A DNA stretch of 64,000 nucleotides, from IMG/VR virus record IMGVR_UViG_3300023175_000005, positions 1-64,000 of that record; one strand, given 5' to 3'. How positions within the stretch are numbered: the stretch's first letter is position 1; each line of letters opens with the position of its first letter. Made by a program: the position numbers and the translations under genes. The notes under the pieces are model-generated. The model saw only the letters and a program-made list of their open reading frames with translations. It was not told where the DNA came from and made no database searches. This document shows positions 34,318-44,412 of this stretch, one piece after another.

Positions 34318-35605
34318 TGTTTAGTACATCAAAAGGATCTGAGCCAAAGGTTGCTTCAAATTTTACAAGCATTTCTTTTTTAAGTGCTGCTTTTACTTCT
34401 TCAAAAACAAACTGCCATTTTTCTGCTGGTATGCACACAACACCGTCAGGATCACCAAAAATAATATCATTGTTGCGTACTCTTACACCGTTAACAGTTA
34501 CTGGCATATTCATTTCTTCAAGTGTACCTTCGTATCTAATATCGTCAGGCATTCTTGTATGTGCAAACAATGGTAAACCGATTTGTGTAACCCTATCTAC
34601 ATCACGTGTGGGGCCATCTACAACAACACCCACTGCACCGCTTCTATATGCAAAGTGTGCGTTTAAATCGCCAAAGTATGCTTTGTCTTTTACATCTGTG
34701 GAAACTATAATTACATCACCTGGTGCAACAAATTCATAACTTCCTAAGGCGTCAAATATACCTTCCCAATGTGGTAATGCAGGGTCTTTTTGATCTTGTG
34801 GTAATTCTTTTAATTTAAGCGTTTTTGCATATCCTAAAAATGTACCGTTGTTCATAGATTTTATTTCACTACTTAAAAAATGATCAATACCGTTTTCTTT
34901 GCAAATATCACTTAACAAACAACTACTAATACTTTTGCTTAACATTTTAAGTTGTTGTACTTTTTTTGCTCGTTGTCCTGCACAAATATCTCTTGCAAAT
35001 ACAAGATCTTCTTGATTGTTGATATCTACAAGTTGTAAAGGTGTGACAGGCCATAGCATTACATTATCTGTATAACGTTTTTCAACAGGATTTCCGTTTG
35101 TTTTTACAGCATAAAAACTCATTGCTTCGATAATATGATTTGGTAAGTCTACACTGTTAGGAATACTATTACCATATGCAGGTTGATGATCGTCCCATAA
35201 GTATAATTTTTGCTCAGATACAGCAACTAAACTTGTAGTAGGACTTTCCTTTAAATCTCTTAATGCAGGATCAATTACAGATTTATCTATAAACGGTGCT
35301 GTACATAATACTTGCACTACTATATCTGCATCTGTAACTCTTGATTCGTTAGCAAACATTGCATGTCCATCAGTTTTGTTGTTTGCTAGGTTAGGATCTC
35401 TATAGTGATGTTTAATCGGTAAGTCTCTTGCTAATCTGTGTAATTCTTCACTTTCACTATCTAGCCAAACCTCGTCTATTTCTTCACATTCTAATAACTG
35501 TCTTAATTTACGCTTAAACAAATACTCTCCGTCTAATACTTGTAAATTTTTATTTTCAATTCTTTCACTAGTTCCTTTTGCAGGTACAAATGCTACTGTT
35601 TTCAT
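34301..35605 (-). CDS. CMP-nonulosonate synthetase (NeuA-like) fused to RraA/HMG-aldolase
   Basis: PAKGTSERIENKN, TAPF, DIN; C-half AYFGDL, VVDGPTRD, GDPDGVV. Confidence 0.85.
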   Translation of the reverse strand: MKTVAFVPAKGTSERIENKNLQVLDGEYLFKRKLRQLLECEEIDEVWLDSESEELHRLARDLPIKHHYRDPNLANNKTDGHAMFANESRVTDADIVVQVLCTAPFIDKSVIDPALRDLKESPTTSLVAVSEQKLYLWDDHQPAYGNSIPNSVDLPNHIIEAMSFYAVKTNGNPVEKRYTDNVMLWPVTPLQLVDINNQEDLVFARDICAGQRAKKVQQLKMLSKSISSCLLSDICKENGIDHFLSSEIKSMNNGTFLGYAKTLKLKELPQDQKDPALPHWEGIFDALGSYEFVAPGDVIIVSTDVKDKAYFGDLNAHFAYRSGAVGVVVDGPTRDVDRVTQIGLPLFAHTRMPDDIRYEGTLEEMNMPVTVNGVRVRNNDIIFGDPDGVVCIPAEKWQFVFEEVKAALKKEMLVKFEATFGSDPFDVLNNVGLF

Positions 35606-36366
35606 AATTTCTCCTCTATGGTAACTTCTTTGCCTTTTTTATAGTTGCTCTTATTAGCTTTAGTCACCCAGTGTCTTAAATATTCTTTTAATTCTGTGTG
35701 CATAAAAGGTACAATACTATCAACTGCTGTTGCAAGATGTTTCAATTTAGAGCCTTTCTTTTCAGCAGTATGTATGGCATCCCACCATACACCTGTATCC
35801 AATCTCCTACTGACTTTTAATATCTGTAGGGAATTATGACACAATTTATAAAAGTCAATAACATGTTGTGTATTTTTATCTTTCATGTTAAGCATAAAAA
35901 ATCCAGTTTCTGCTTCTTTTCCTTTTACTTTGCCGCCTGCTGGAATATCAACAGAAAGTGTGTCTTCTGGTAATAAGTTTTCTATAAACTCTAAAGGTAT
36001 TTTTTTATTAGTAATTACATCACTATCTAACCATATAAAAACATCTTGTTCACATTCTTGTAATGCTGCTGTAATTACATGGCCTTTAATCCAACTAAAT
36101 TTGTATCTAGAAAATAAATCTTTTCCCTTAGGATCATGCGGTACATGTGGATATATTAATTCTAAAAATTTATCTAAGTCATTACGAACCTTTTCAAAAT
36201 CTTTTACAATCAATCTAGGATTATCAATGTCAGGTACAAACCCTTCAGCCCATAATTCTATTGAAATATTTTTAGGCCAGTATTCTAAAAAACTAGTAAT
36301 ACAATCTTTTCCAATTTGATTGTAGTACGGTTCGTGTTGTGATGTAACTACTCTAAAAGTTCGCAT
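35602..36366 (-). CDS. GT-A glycosyltransferase
   Basis: IWLDSD, AETGFF; paralogue of the 27535 and 28446 genes. Confidence 0.75.
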   Translation of the reverse strand: MRTFRVVTSQHEPYYNQIGKDCITSFLEYWPKNISIELWAEGFVPDIDNPRLIVKDFEKVRNDLDKFLELIYPHVPHDPKGKDLFSRYKFSWIKGHVITAALQECEQDVFIWLDSDVITNKKIPLEFIENLLPEDTLSVDIPAGGKVKGKEAETGFFMLNMKDKNTQHVIDFYKLCHNSLQILKVSRRLDTGVWWDAIHTAEKKGSKLKHLATAVDSIVPFMHTELKEYLRHWVTKANKSNYKKGKEVTIEEKL

Positions 36367-36439
36367 GAGAATCCTTATTCAATTAAGTACGTATATTTAG
36401 TAAATAAATAACTGCGTATTTAAAAGTTCGGAGCATAAC

Positions 36440-37414
36440 ATGAAAAAACGTGCATTAGTAACAGGCATCACAGGACAAGACGGTGCTTATCTAGCAAAAT
36501 TATTATTAGAAAAAGACTATGAAGTATATGGTTTTGCAAGTAGACGAGTCAACCAAAATTATTCAAACACCGATTACTTAGGAATCACTGGAAAAATTAA
36601 CTTTGTACACGGTGATGTAACAGATATTAGCAGTGTTAATCATGCTATTAAAGTTTCTAGACCACACGAACTGTATAATCTTGCTGCAATGAGTTTTGTA
36701 GGACTAAGTTGGCAAGAACCAATTCATACAGCAAATGTTGATGCTATGGGTCCATTGTATATTATGGAGTCTTTAAGACAACATTCACCAGATACAAAAT
36801 TTTATCAAGCAAGCACAAGCGAAATGTATGGAAATAGTTATGAAGAAAATCATACACAAAACGAACTTACACCTATGCGTCCTAGATCACCTTACGGTTT
36901 TAGTAAAGTATTTGCACACAATGCTGTTGTAAACTATAGAGATAGTTATAGTTTATATGCAACTAGTGGCATTTTGTTTAATCATGAATCGCCTATTAGA
37001 GGTAAAGAATTTGTTACACGTAAAATTACAGACGGTGTTGCTCGTATCAAAGCAGGACTACAAGATACAATTGAGTTAGGAAATTTAGATCCTAGAAGAG
37101 ACTGGGGATTTGCAGGTGATTATGTTGAAGCAATGTGGTTGATGATGCAACAAGATACACCAGAAGATTATGTAATTTCAACAGGCAAAACTTGGAGTAT
37201 TAAAGAACTCTGCAATGCTGCATTTAGTGCTGCTGGAATAGATAATTGGGAAGATAAAATCGTAACAAATCCTGCATTTGTAAGACCTGCAGAACTTTAT
37301 TATCTAAAAGGCGATAGTACAAAAGCAAAAGAAAAACTAGGATGGGAGCCTAGTGTAAGTTTTGAAGAATTAATTACAATGATGGTACAAGCCGATTTGG
37401 AAAGATACAGTTAA
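36440..37414 (+). CDS. gmd: GDP-mannose 4,6-dehydratase
   Basis: GITGQDGAYL, YQASTSE, SPYGFSK, LFNHESP, RDWG. Confidence 0.97.
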   Translation: MKKRALVTGITGQDGAYLAKLLLEKDYEVYGFASRRVNQNYSNTDYLGITGKINFVHGDVTDISSVNHAIKVSRPHELYNLAAMSFVGLSWQEPIHTANVDAMGPLYIMESLRQHSPDTKFYQASTSEMYGNSYEENHTQNELTPMRPRSPYGFSKVFAHNAVVNYRDSYSLYATSGILFNHESPIRGKEFVTRKITDGVARIKAGLQDTIELGNLDPRRDWGFAGDYVEAMWLMMQQDTPEDYVISTGKTWSIKELCNAAFSAAGIDNWEDKIVTNPAFVRPAELYYLKGDSTKAKEKLGWEPSVSFEELITMMVQADLERYS

Positions 37415-37971
37415 CCTTTCCAATAAATTTTATCTTGTGCGACAGAAAAAATTAATTTATATCCCCAATCAGTCATAAAATTATGATACGTATTATCATT
37501 ATTTCGTACACCTGCATTATCTTCTATACAAATATAATCTATTGTATAATCATCTTCAATCGCACCTAGTATTTCTAGTTCACTACCTTCTGTATCAATT
37601 TGCAAGTAGTTGATATGTTTAGGAATAGGCAAACTACTAAATTTATAACTTTTTGCTTTTATTGTCTTAATTGCTTTTTCAGGATGAGCATGTGTTTCTT
37701 TTATACCTGTGTGTCCTCTTAGTCCTACATCGATAATATCAACATACCCATCTTCTTTCCACACAGCACCTTGAATAACTGGTGTTGTTCTATTTTTCTT
37801 AATTGCTCTTACATTTGAAGGAACGGGTTCAATTAGTAAACCTTGCCATCCTTTAAATTCTAAAACCTTTGTAGTGTTTTGAGTTTTGCCGTTCATTACG
37901 CCAATTTCAATAAAATATCCATCTTTGATATCTTTACCAATTTCTTTATAAAACCATTCAGTTGCCTTCAA
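37411..37971 (-). CDS. FkbM-family methyltransferase
   Basis: FIEIG, GLLIEP, IDTEGSE. Confidence 0.85.
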   Translation of the reverse strand: MKATEWFYKEIGKDIKDGYFIEIGVMNGKTQNTTKVLEFKGWQGLLIEPVPSNVRAIKKNRTTPVIQGAVWKEDGYVDIIDVGLRGHTGIKETHAHPEKAIKTIKAKSYKFSSLPIPKHINYLQIDTEGSELEILGAIEDDYTIDYICIEDNAGVRNNDNTYHNFMTDWGYKLIFSVAQDKIYWKG

Positions 37972-38423
37972 AGTGTTGCATCCTCCATACCTGCTACACG
38001 TAACTTTACAACATTAGTGATTTGCCATTGTTTTTGATCAAGTGCTTTTAAAACACCTAACCACTTGTTACGCATTAATGCAAATTCATTAATAATTTTT
38101 TCGTAGTCAACAACATCAGATTCGCCGTCGACGTATTTTTCAACATCGCGACTTGATAGAGCACGTTGATAATTTTCAAGATATTTTTTGAAAAATGAGC
38201 TACGCAATCTACGTAGCTCAATATTCAAGTAGTTGAGTATTGCTTCAATTTCTTGAAGTTGATTAAATCTATGCTCAACAATACCAGGCATAGCCGCTGC
38301 TGACTTTTCAACATTTCCTACAAGTTTACATTCTCGACGTGCATCTTGTAGTTCTTTTTCAAAGTACAAGATTGCGTCTGGAATTTTAGAAATATCTCTT
38401 GATACCTCTGAGTACCATCCCAT
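37968..38423 (-). CDS. uvsY: Recombination mediator UvsY-like
   Basis: Helical; DVEKYVDGE, KQWQITN; beside UvsX. Confidence 0.75.
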   Translation of the reverse strand: MGWYSEVSRDISKIPDAILYFEKELQDARRECKLVGNVEKSAAAMPGIVEHRFNQLQEIEAILNYLNIELRRLRSSFFKKYLENYQRALSSRDVEKYVDGESDVVDYEKIINEFALMRNKWLGVLKALDQKQWQITNVVKLRVAGMEDATL

Positions 38424-38425
38424 AT

Positions 38426-38650
38426 CTATTCCTCATATTCATCGTAATGATCTTCTTCGTCCATTTCAAGGAAATAATAGATAGCGTTGTCTAATATTTT
38501 ATCATGCCCTAGAATTTCTTCTAATTGCACATCATCAAACCCGTAGTCCACTAGAAGATCAACATATCGCTCTGCGGCTGCTTCTACTTCTTTTTTGTCT
38601 AAGTGTATCTTAAAAACATCCCAAATGTCGCATGCCTGCTCTTCATTCAT
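38426..38650 (-). CDS. Acidic hypothetical protein
   Basis: Coupled ORF. Confidence 0.75.
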   Translation of the reverse strand: MNEEQACDIWDVFKIHLDKKEVEAAAERYVDLLVDYGFDDVQLEEILGHDKILDNAIYYFLEMDEEDHYDEYEE

Positions 38651-39725
38651 TTTCGACTAACTCCTCGTGGTCATCTACTTCTTCTGTAGTGCCGGTATTT
38701 ACCACATTACGTTCTTTTTCGAGGTAATCCGTCATGACCTTGTCGAGTAATTCGCCTTTCCAGTTTTTACGATATTCTAACAATTCTTCGCCTGCTATTG
38801 TTGTATATTTTAATCTATTGCCTTGTTTTTCGATCATGCCTTTTGCTTCAAATAACTCAACAAGTCCGCTGTAAGGATTCATACCTGTTTCATATGGAAT
38901 CTTTACTTGTACACCTTCGAAAGGTTTAGCGTAACGTGTTTTCATTACCTTACAACCAGCACGAATACCACGTACATCACTTACTTTGTTACCATCTTCA
39001 TCTTCTTTTAGTTTTAGTTTTTTCATTGCTACAACAATTGAAGATGCATAGATAAATCCTTGACCACCTGAGATTTTGTCATCTGGATCAAACATATCTT
39101 GCGATGCATAAGTATGATTAGTACAAACAAGTCCTACATTATGTGAACCAATCATATTAACTGTGTTACGAACAAGTGCAGTAAGTTGCTTAGGTTTGCG
39201 ACCCATATCACCTTTCATATCACCTTTGTTAAACTGATCAATATCAGTAGGAGTAAGTAACATGCCTAATGAGTCAACAACAAACAATACTTTAGGACGA
39301 TCTTCTTCAGACATATCTTTATAGTCTGCCATAAACGTACTAATAGTTTTAGCAACGTCATCGATCATTGACATGTTTAGTTTTAGAAGTTTTTCTTCTG
39401 AAGTATCTACATCAAGTGCTTGTAACCACGACTCGTCAAGTGCATTCTCTGAGTCAATAAGAACTACAAAGATACCCTGGTCTTGTGCTGCCTTGACAAT
39501 GTTACCCGAACAGATATAAGATTTGCCTGCGCCAGACTCACCGGCGAAAACAGTAACTTTTCCCAATGGGACTCCCTTATGGAAGTCCCCTGAGATCAAA
39601 TAGTTGAGTGCAAAGTTTCCTGTGCTGATCCAATCAGTTGGATCATTAAAACCTGCACTCATTCCGCTAATCGACTTTGTTAAATCTTTACGGAATTTAC
39701 TTGGATCAAATGCCTTAATTGCCAT
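38643..39725 (-). CDS. uvsX: RecA-like recombinase UvsX
   Basis: ISTG, GESGAGKS, DSENA, VVDSLG, NHTY, SGG. Confidence 0.95.
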   Translation of the reverse strand: MAIKAFDPSKFRKDLTKSISGMSAGFNDPTDWISTGNFALNYLISGDFHKGVPLGKVTVFAGESGAGKSYICSGNIVKAAQDQGIFVVLIDSENALDESWLQALDVDTSEEKLLKLNMSMIDDVAKTISTFMADYKDMSEEDRPKVLFVVDSLGMLLTPTDIDQFNKGDMKGDMGRKPKQLTALVRNTVNMIGSHNVGLVCTNHTYASQDMFDPDDKISGGQGFIYASSIVVAMKKLKLKEDEDGNKVSDVRGIRAGCKVMKTRYAKPFEGVQVKIPYETGMNPYSGLVELFEAKGMIEKQGNRLKYTTIAGEELLEYRKNWKGELLDKVMTDYLEKERNVVNTGTTEEVDDHEELVENE

Positions 39726-39916
39726 TAGTCACTCAAGTCCATTGATGTAAGTGAACGTACACCTTCGATCATTTCATCGGCAGTATTGTACATTACTTTG
39801 GCTGTAGAATAATCATCTTCATGATTTCTACCTGATACTTCAATGAAATATCCGTTATCTAGAATATTCACACTGAAATAATTGTCAATAGATTTTAATT
39901 TGTCAGATACTTGCAT
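39725..39916 (-). CDS. Hypothetical protein
   Basis: AGGAG RBS, coupled ORF. Confidence 0.7.
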   Translation of the reverse strand: MQVSDKLKSIDNYFSVNILDNGYFIEVSGRNHEDDYSTAKVMYNTADEMIEGVRSLTSMDLSD

Positions 39917-39930
39917 CCTTATCTCCTATT

Positions 39931-40956
39931 TTATTGGTTTTGTCTTGCACGGATCATTGCAAGAATGTCCTGTGCGCTTCCGCTTTCTTCTGCAGGTGCT
40001 GCTTCTGCTGCTGGAGCAGGTTCTGGCGTTGCTGCCGGAGCAGGATCTTGCCAACCTGTGTCAGTTACAGTTTCAGCAACTGGTGCTGCTGGTGCTGCTG
40101 GTGCCGGAGCACTTTGACTTACCGCAGTTGCTTGTGGACTTGCTTTTACGTTAGGATCACCTGTACGTGCTTGCATACCCGCTGGACGGAAGTATTGTGA
40201 CCAACGTTCTGCATCGTATGCTTCACCGTCTACACTTGCTTCAAACATTTCAGTCAAAACCTTAACTTCAACTTCGCCTGGTTTTTTAGGCAGGAAGTCA
40301 TTAAGATTAAACAATCCATGTTCATTGACTGCATTCATTTCACTATCACTTAGTGGACGTTCGCGACGTGCCCAAGTTGACGTGCCATAATCAGCATAAC
40401 CACCTTTTGAAGTTTTGTTAAGACGGAAATCTACACCAGCAGTATAGTCCGTTGGTAGTTCTTCCATATCAGGATCCATAAGAGCCTGTTTAATAATTTG
40501 GAAAATTTGTGGACCAATAATAAACCTACGAATTGGATTATTAGGAGTAGTATCTTCACTCAAAGGATTATCTGATACAAATCCTTGGAAGATATAAGAA
40601 CGTTTCTTCCAATACTTACGACCCATATCTTCTAGACTTGGATCCTTAAACCAACCACGCACTTCTGCTAGAATTGGACATGATTCTCCATACATTTCCA
40701 TACATGGAACTTGTACCTGTACTGGACGTGAATCTGTTTCGCCTTTTACGCCAGCAAACGGAAGTTTAATCATCAAACGTTCTTTCCAAAAGAAAGTATT
40801 TGAATCATCGCCGTCTGGCAAGAAACGCATAGTTACACTATCGCCTTCCTTGATATTCCAAAATGGGTAAATTGCGTTATCGCCACCTGATGTCGTGCCA
40901 CTTGAGCGATTTTCTTGTTCTTTTAACTTTGCACGAATTTCTGCTAATGATGCCAT
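39931..40956 (-). CDS. Single-stranded DNA-binding protein (gp32-like)
   Basis: RFLP, CPI, YWKKRSY, Ala/Pro-rich acidic tail. Confidence 0.9.
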   Translation of the reverse strand: MASLAEIRAKLKEQENRSSGTTSGGDNAIYPFWNIKEGDSVTMRFLPDGDDSNTFFWKERLMIKLPFAGVKGETDSRPVQVQVPCMEMYGESCPILAEVRGWFKDPSLEDMGRKYWKKRSYIFQGFVSDNPLSEDTTPNNPIRRFIIGPQIFQIIKQALMDPDMEELPTDYTAGVDFRLNKTSKGGYADYGTSTWARRERPLSDSEMNAVNEHGLFNLNDFLPKKPGEVEVKVLTEMFEASVDGEAYDAERWSQYFRPAGMQARTGDPNVKASPQATAVSQSAPAPAAPAAPVAETVTDTGWQDPAPAATPEPAPAAEAAPAEESGSAQDILAMIRARQNQ

Positions 40957-41017
40957 AGTAATGCCTCCTTATATATGCCTATGTTCTATGTGCCTTTATG
41001 TGTAGCACATTATCTTT

Positions 41018-41046
41018 ATACTACACAAAGTTATTTATCTTGTCAA
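41018..41046 (-). promoter_or_regulatory. sigma70 promoter with an embedded TAAATA late box for gp32
   Basis: TTGACA-agaTAAATAactttgtg-TAGTAT on the - strand. Confidence 0.75.
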
Positions 41047-41065
41047 CTGTTTTTTTTATTTTTTT

Positions 41066-41200
41066 TGGACTCGGACTACGCCGGGGCCCACTTGTCTACC
41101 TAGGCAGACGGTTGGATGCCCCAAGGCGCTGTCACTGTTTCTACAAAGGGTCTTGCTAACCTTCGGTTAGGATCGTTAACAAGAGTATCTTTGCTCGAAA
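41066..41200 (-). ncRNA. Candidate GC-rich structured RNA
   Basis: Nested stems; G:U pairs favour the - strand; no ORF. Confidence 0.5.
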
Positions 41201-41203
41201 ATC

Positions 41204-42760
41204 TTATACTCCTGCTAACGCTTTAATTGCGTCTGTTTCAGGATGCATACTATTGTTTAATTCTTCAGCCTTACGTTGCGCAACCATAGCCTCTACTTTT
41301 TTAATCATTTTAGCGGCAGGTTTGACATATTCGTCGCCGTAATCTTTTTGCACCGCAGTTAATACTGCTGTCTCGCCTTTTGGAAATTTGCCTGTTTCTC
41401 TGTCAAAATAACTTAGAATAAATTCTCCAATTGGTGTTTTTGGTTTTTGTTGCATAGGCTCTTGATCGGGCGGAGCAATAGTCATTGTTGGCATATCATC
41501 TGATTCTGGAACGGCACTTGCCATTTCTTTACAATCTGAACATCTACCATGCCCGTCATAAACATCCATAATCGGAGCGCCGCAACAATTGCTTACCATT
41601 CCTTCTTCGTTTTCATCGCCTGGTGAATATGCTTCTTTTTCATCATCATCATTGCCTTCAGCAAATTGTCCCATTAGGGCATTAATTGCTGCTTCTAACA
41701 TATCATTGATTGATTCTTGTTTTGCTTTTTCCTTACGTTCTTCAGCCTCTACACTAGCACTTTCTTCGCCTAGTAAATCATCTGGACCTAATTCTTCTGG
41801 CTTCATTGATTCGCCTACTAAGTTATAGATATAAGGAAATACATCTTTTAGTTCTTCGTTGAACTGTTTGATTGTAAGTTGATCAATCCAGCTATCTGCA
41901 ATATCTTCCGGAACTTCTTTTGCTTCTGTTTCTACAAAATTTTCTTTAGCCTGTAAATAGTGTGATTCTTTTTGTAAATTTTGTATTGTTTTTCTAACTT
42001 CGTTTACTCTTTCACTTACTACATCCATGTAGCCTGCTAAACTTTCAGCCATTACACTTGAACGATTCATATACTTTTTAAATGAATTAAGTTTACTTAA
42101 TTCTTCTGACAAACCGGAGATATATTTGCCAAACGAATCATACGCATTACCACCTTCACTAACATGTCTTGCCATTGCTCTTGCACCGCTTAGATGTATA
42201 AAAGGATATTTAAATCTTTCTCCATCTGCACTTTCAATGTAGATTGCGCCAATCTTTTTTGTACGATTTTCACCTTCTTCAATTGGTGCTGTATGTTTAA
42301 TAGCAAGTCTTGCATTACCTATTTTTTGATAACTTGTTTTGTTAGTTCCATACATTCTTGATTCTGACATGGGATTCTCCGATTTGCGATTTGTGGCTAA
42401 AAAGTCATAATCTCTTTTGTTTAGATTTGATTTATTAATGTCTCTTACTGAAAACTTCATGAGCCTTTTTTTAGCAAAAGTACGTAATTCTTTAAGAAAA
42501 TTATACCATTCTGTTTGTACATTTTGCTCTTCGTTTGATACAATATCTCTGCCTACAATTACTACCAGTCCTTCGTCAGTATCTAAATTGATACTTACTT
42601 TGCCTAAATCACGTCCTTCATTATAATAACCAAAATCAAAAAAACGTGCTTCTGTAGGTTCGTTGGTTATTTCACCGTTTTCGTTGCCAATTGTTACGCT
42701 AGGAAAACGACCTCTAATTTTATTAAATAGGTCAGATGCTATATTGTCAAAGTTCTGCAT
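41204..42760 (-). CDS. Putative virion/internal head protein
   Basis: TAAATA-N5-ATG; Glu-rich; adjacent to terminase. Confidence 0.65.
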   Translation of the reverse strand: MQNFDNIASDLFNKIRGRFPSVTIGNENGEITNEPTEARFFDFGYYNEGRDLGKVSINLDTDEGLVVIVGRDIVSNEEQNVQTEWYNFLKELRTFAKKRLMKFSVRDINKSNLNKRDYDFLATNRKSENPMSESRMYGTNKTSYQKIGNARLAIKHTAPIEEGENRTKKIGAIYIESADGERFKYPFIHLSGARAMARHVSEGGNAYDSFGKYISGLSEELSKLNSFKKYMNRSSVMAESLAGYMDVVSERVNEVRKTIQNLQKESHYLQAKENFVETEAKEVPEDIADSWIDQLTIKQFNEELKDVFPYIYNLVGESMKPEELGPDDLLGEESASVEAEERKEKAKQESINDMLEAAINALMGQFAEGNDDDEKEAYSPGDENEEGMVSNCCGAPIMDVYDGHGRCSDCKEMASAVPESDDMPTMTIAPPDQEPMQQKPKTPIGEFILSYFDRETGKFPKGETAVLTAVQKDYGDEYVKPAAKMIKKVEAMVAQRKAEELNNSMHPETDAIKALAGV

Positions 42761-42771
42761 AGTATTATTTA

Positions 42772-44358
42772 TCAATAGTTGCTGCTAATAAAGATAGGCA
42801 TTGGGGGTTCGTAATCTTCTTCTCCAGCCCCGTCCATTTGTGAAAAAGAATTATAAATGTTTACATCCCAATCTTTCATTACATTTATCATACGTAATGC
42901 AAGAAGCATACTGCTGACTAAGTCATCTGTTTGACCCGGCTTTGCTTGATAACTGCTTCCTGTTGCAACATAGTTTTTTAGTTCTGATATAAATGGTTTA
43001 CTACGAACAATAAGTTTATTATTTTCTATCATAGTTTTCATTCTAGCACATGCAGTAACTTTTGCACTGTGCGTTGTATTAAATCCTTTACGGAATTTAC
43101 GAACATGTCCTTTTCTAATAGGTTCACTAATAAACAACCCAGGTATCTGCTCTTCACCTAGATCAGCAATAACAAGTAGTGCTGCTTCACCTAATCCGTT
43201 ATTTTCAACACTCCAATATATACCGTTATCAGTTTTTCTTTCTGTTTCTAAGTACGTGCAAATATCTCGAAGCACTCTAATTTGTCCAGGAATACCTGTT
43301 GTATTATGTTGCCATTCTCCTACTTGTTCGTATGTAGGTAATTCTACGATCTGTATTGCTGCATTATCACCTCCTGTGCCCATTGAAGGATCTAATGCAA
43401 TAGCATAATTATACTTGGCATTAGGTTTTTTATACCAACGAGTTTGCCCCATATTAATTGTAGGCGAAACGCCTTCCATGGTTGCAAGATGTAAACTTGC
43501 TATAAGTGTTTCGTCAAATACTAAGAATTCACAACCATATTCTCTACGGAAGCGCTCTTCTCCAATACGTCCAATTTCGTCTTCTTTCCATTTTTCATCA
43601 CGGTCAGGATGCTCGTCCCAGTTTGCAAGAAAACTATGAAATCCGTTTCTTCCTGTTTCGCTTTCGTTTCCGAACTCGTCAAATTTATCTTCTGCTAGTT
43701 TCCAAATATTAGCAAACGTATCTTCGTCTGAGTTTGGCGTGCTTGTTATAATAGCACGACCACCTGTTGCTAGTGTAGGTGATATTGAAGTCCAAAATTC
43801 ATCTGCAATGTTAGGTTGCACAAATGCAAACTCGTCACAATATAGTAACGAAATAGACATACCGCGTCCAGTAGTGCCTGTTGTTGTTTGGCTTACTATA
43901 CGTGATCCATTTTCAAATTCTATTGAGCCCTTATTATAGGATACAACACCTGCTCTAATATGATCAGGACATAATTCATATACATAACGAATACGCTGCA
44001 TAATTTCTTGTGCACCTGTATATTTGTGTGCAGCAATTAGAATAGTTTGATCAGGATTAAACATTGCATACCAAGCAAGATAGATAGCAGCACAAGTAGT
44101 TTTTCCTGTTTGTCTAGGCATCATGTTTATATTAAATCTATAACTGTGATAGGAATGCATTAAGCGCAATTGATACTCATAGGGTTCAAATAACAATTTG
44201 CCTTTTACAGGATGTTGAATGTAAGCAAATTGTCTTGCAAAGTACAGATATCCTTCATCAGGATCCATGCAATTCATGAGATCCTGTATTTGGTTTTCGT
44301 TAAATGTTTCTTGCTTATTAGCCTTTTTGACTAATACTCCGTCAAGTGATTTACTCAT
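42772..44358 (-). CDS. Terminase large subunit (gp17-like)
   Basis: PRQTGKT, YCDEFAF, ITSTPN, REYGCEF, LDPS, DDLVSS. Confidence 0.96.
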   Translation of the reverse strand: MSKSLDGVLVKKANKQETFNENQIQDLMNCMDPDEGYLYFARQFAYIQHPVKGKLLFEPYEYQLRLMHSYHSYRFNINMMPRQTGKTTCAAIYLAWYAMFNPDQTILIAAHKYTGAQEIMQRIRYVYELCPDHIRAGVVSYNKGSIEFENGSRIVSQTTTGTTGRGMSISLLYCDEFAFVQPNIADEFWTSISPTLATGGRAIITSTPNSDEDTFANIWKLAEDKFDEFGNESETGRNGFHSFLANWDEHPDRDEKWKEDEIGRIGEERFRREYGCEFLVFDETLIASLHLATMEGVSPTINMGQTRWYKKPNAKYNYAIALDPSMGTGGDNAAIQIVELPTYEQVGEWQHNTTGIPGQIRVLRDICTYLETERKTDNGIYWSVENNGLGEAALLVIADLGEEQIPGLFISEPIRKGHVRKFRKGFNTTHSAKVTACARMKTMIENNKLIVRSKPFISELKNYVATGSSYQAKPGQTDDLVSSMLLALRMINVMKDWDVNIYNSFSQMDGAGEEDYEPPMPIFISSNY

Positions 44359-44373
44359 ACAATATTTAGTCAC

Positions 44374-44398
44374 AAAAATAGCGCCCTAAGGCGCTATT
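44374..44398 (-). terminator. Intrinsic terminator
   Basis: AATAGCGCC-TTAG-GGCGCTATT-TTT. Confidence 0.75.
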
Positions 44399-44412
44399 GA
44401 TGTCTGGGGGGT

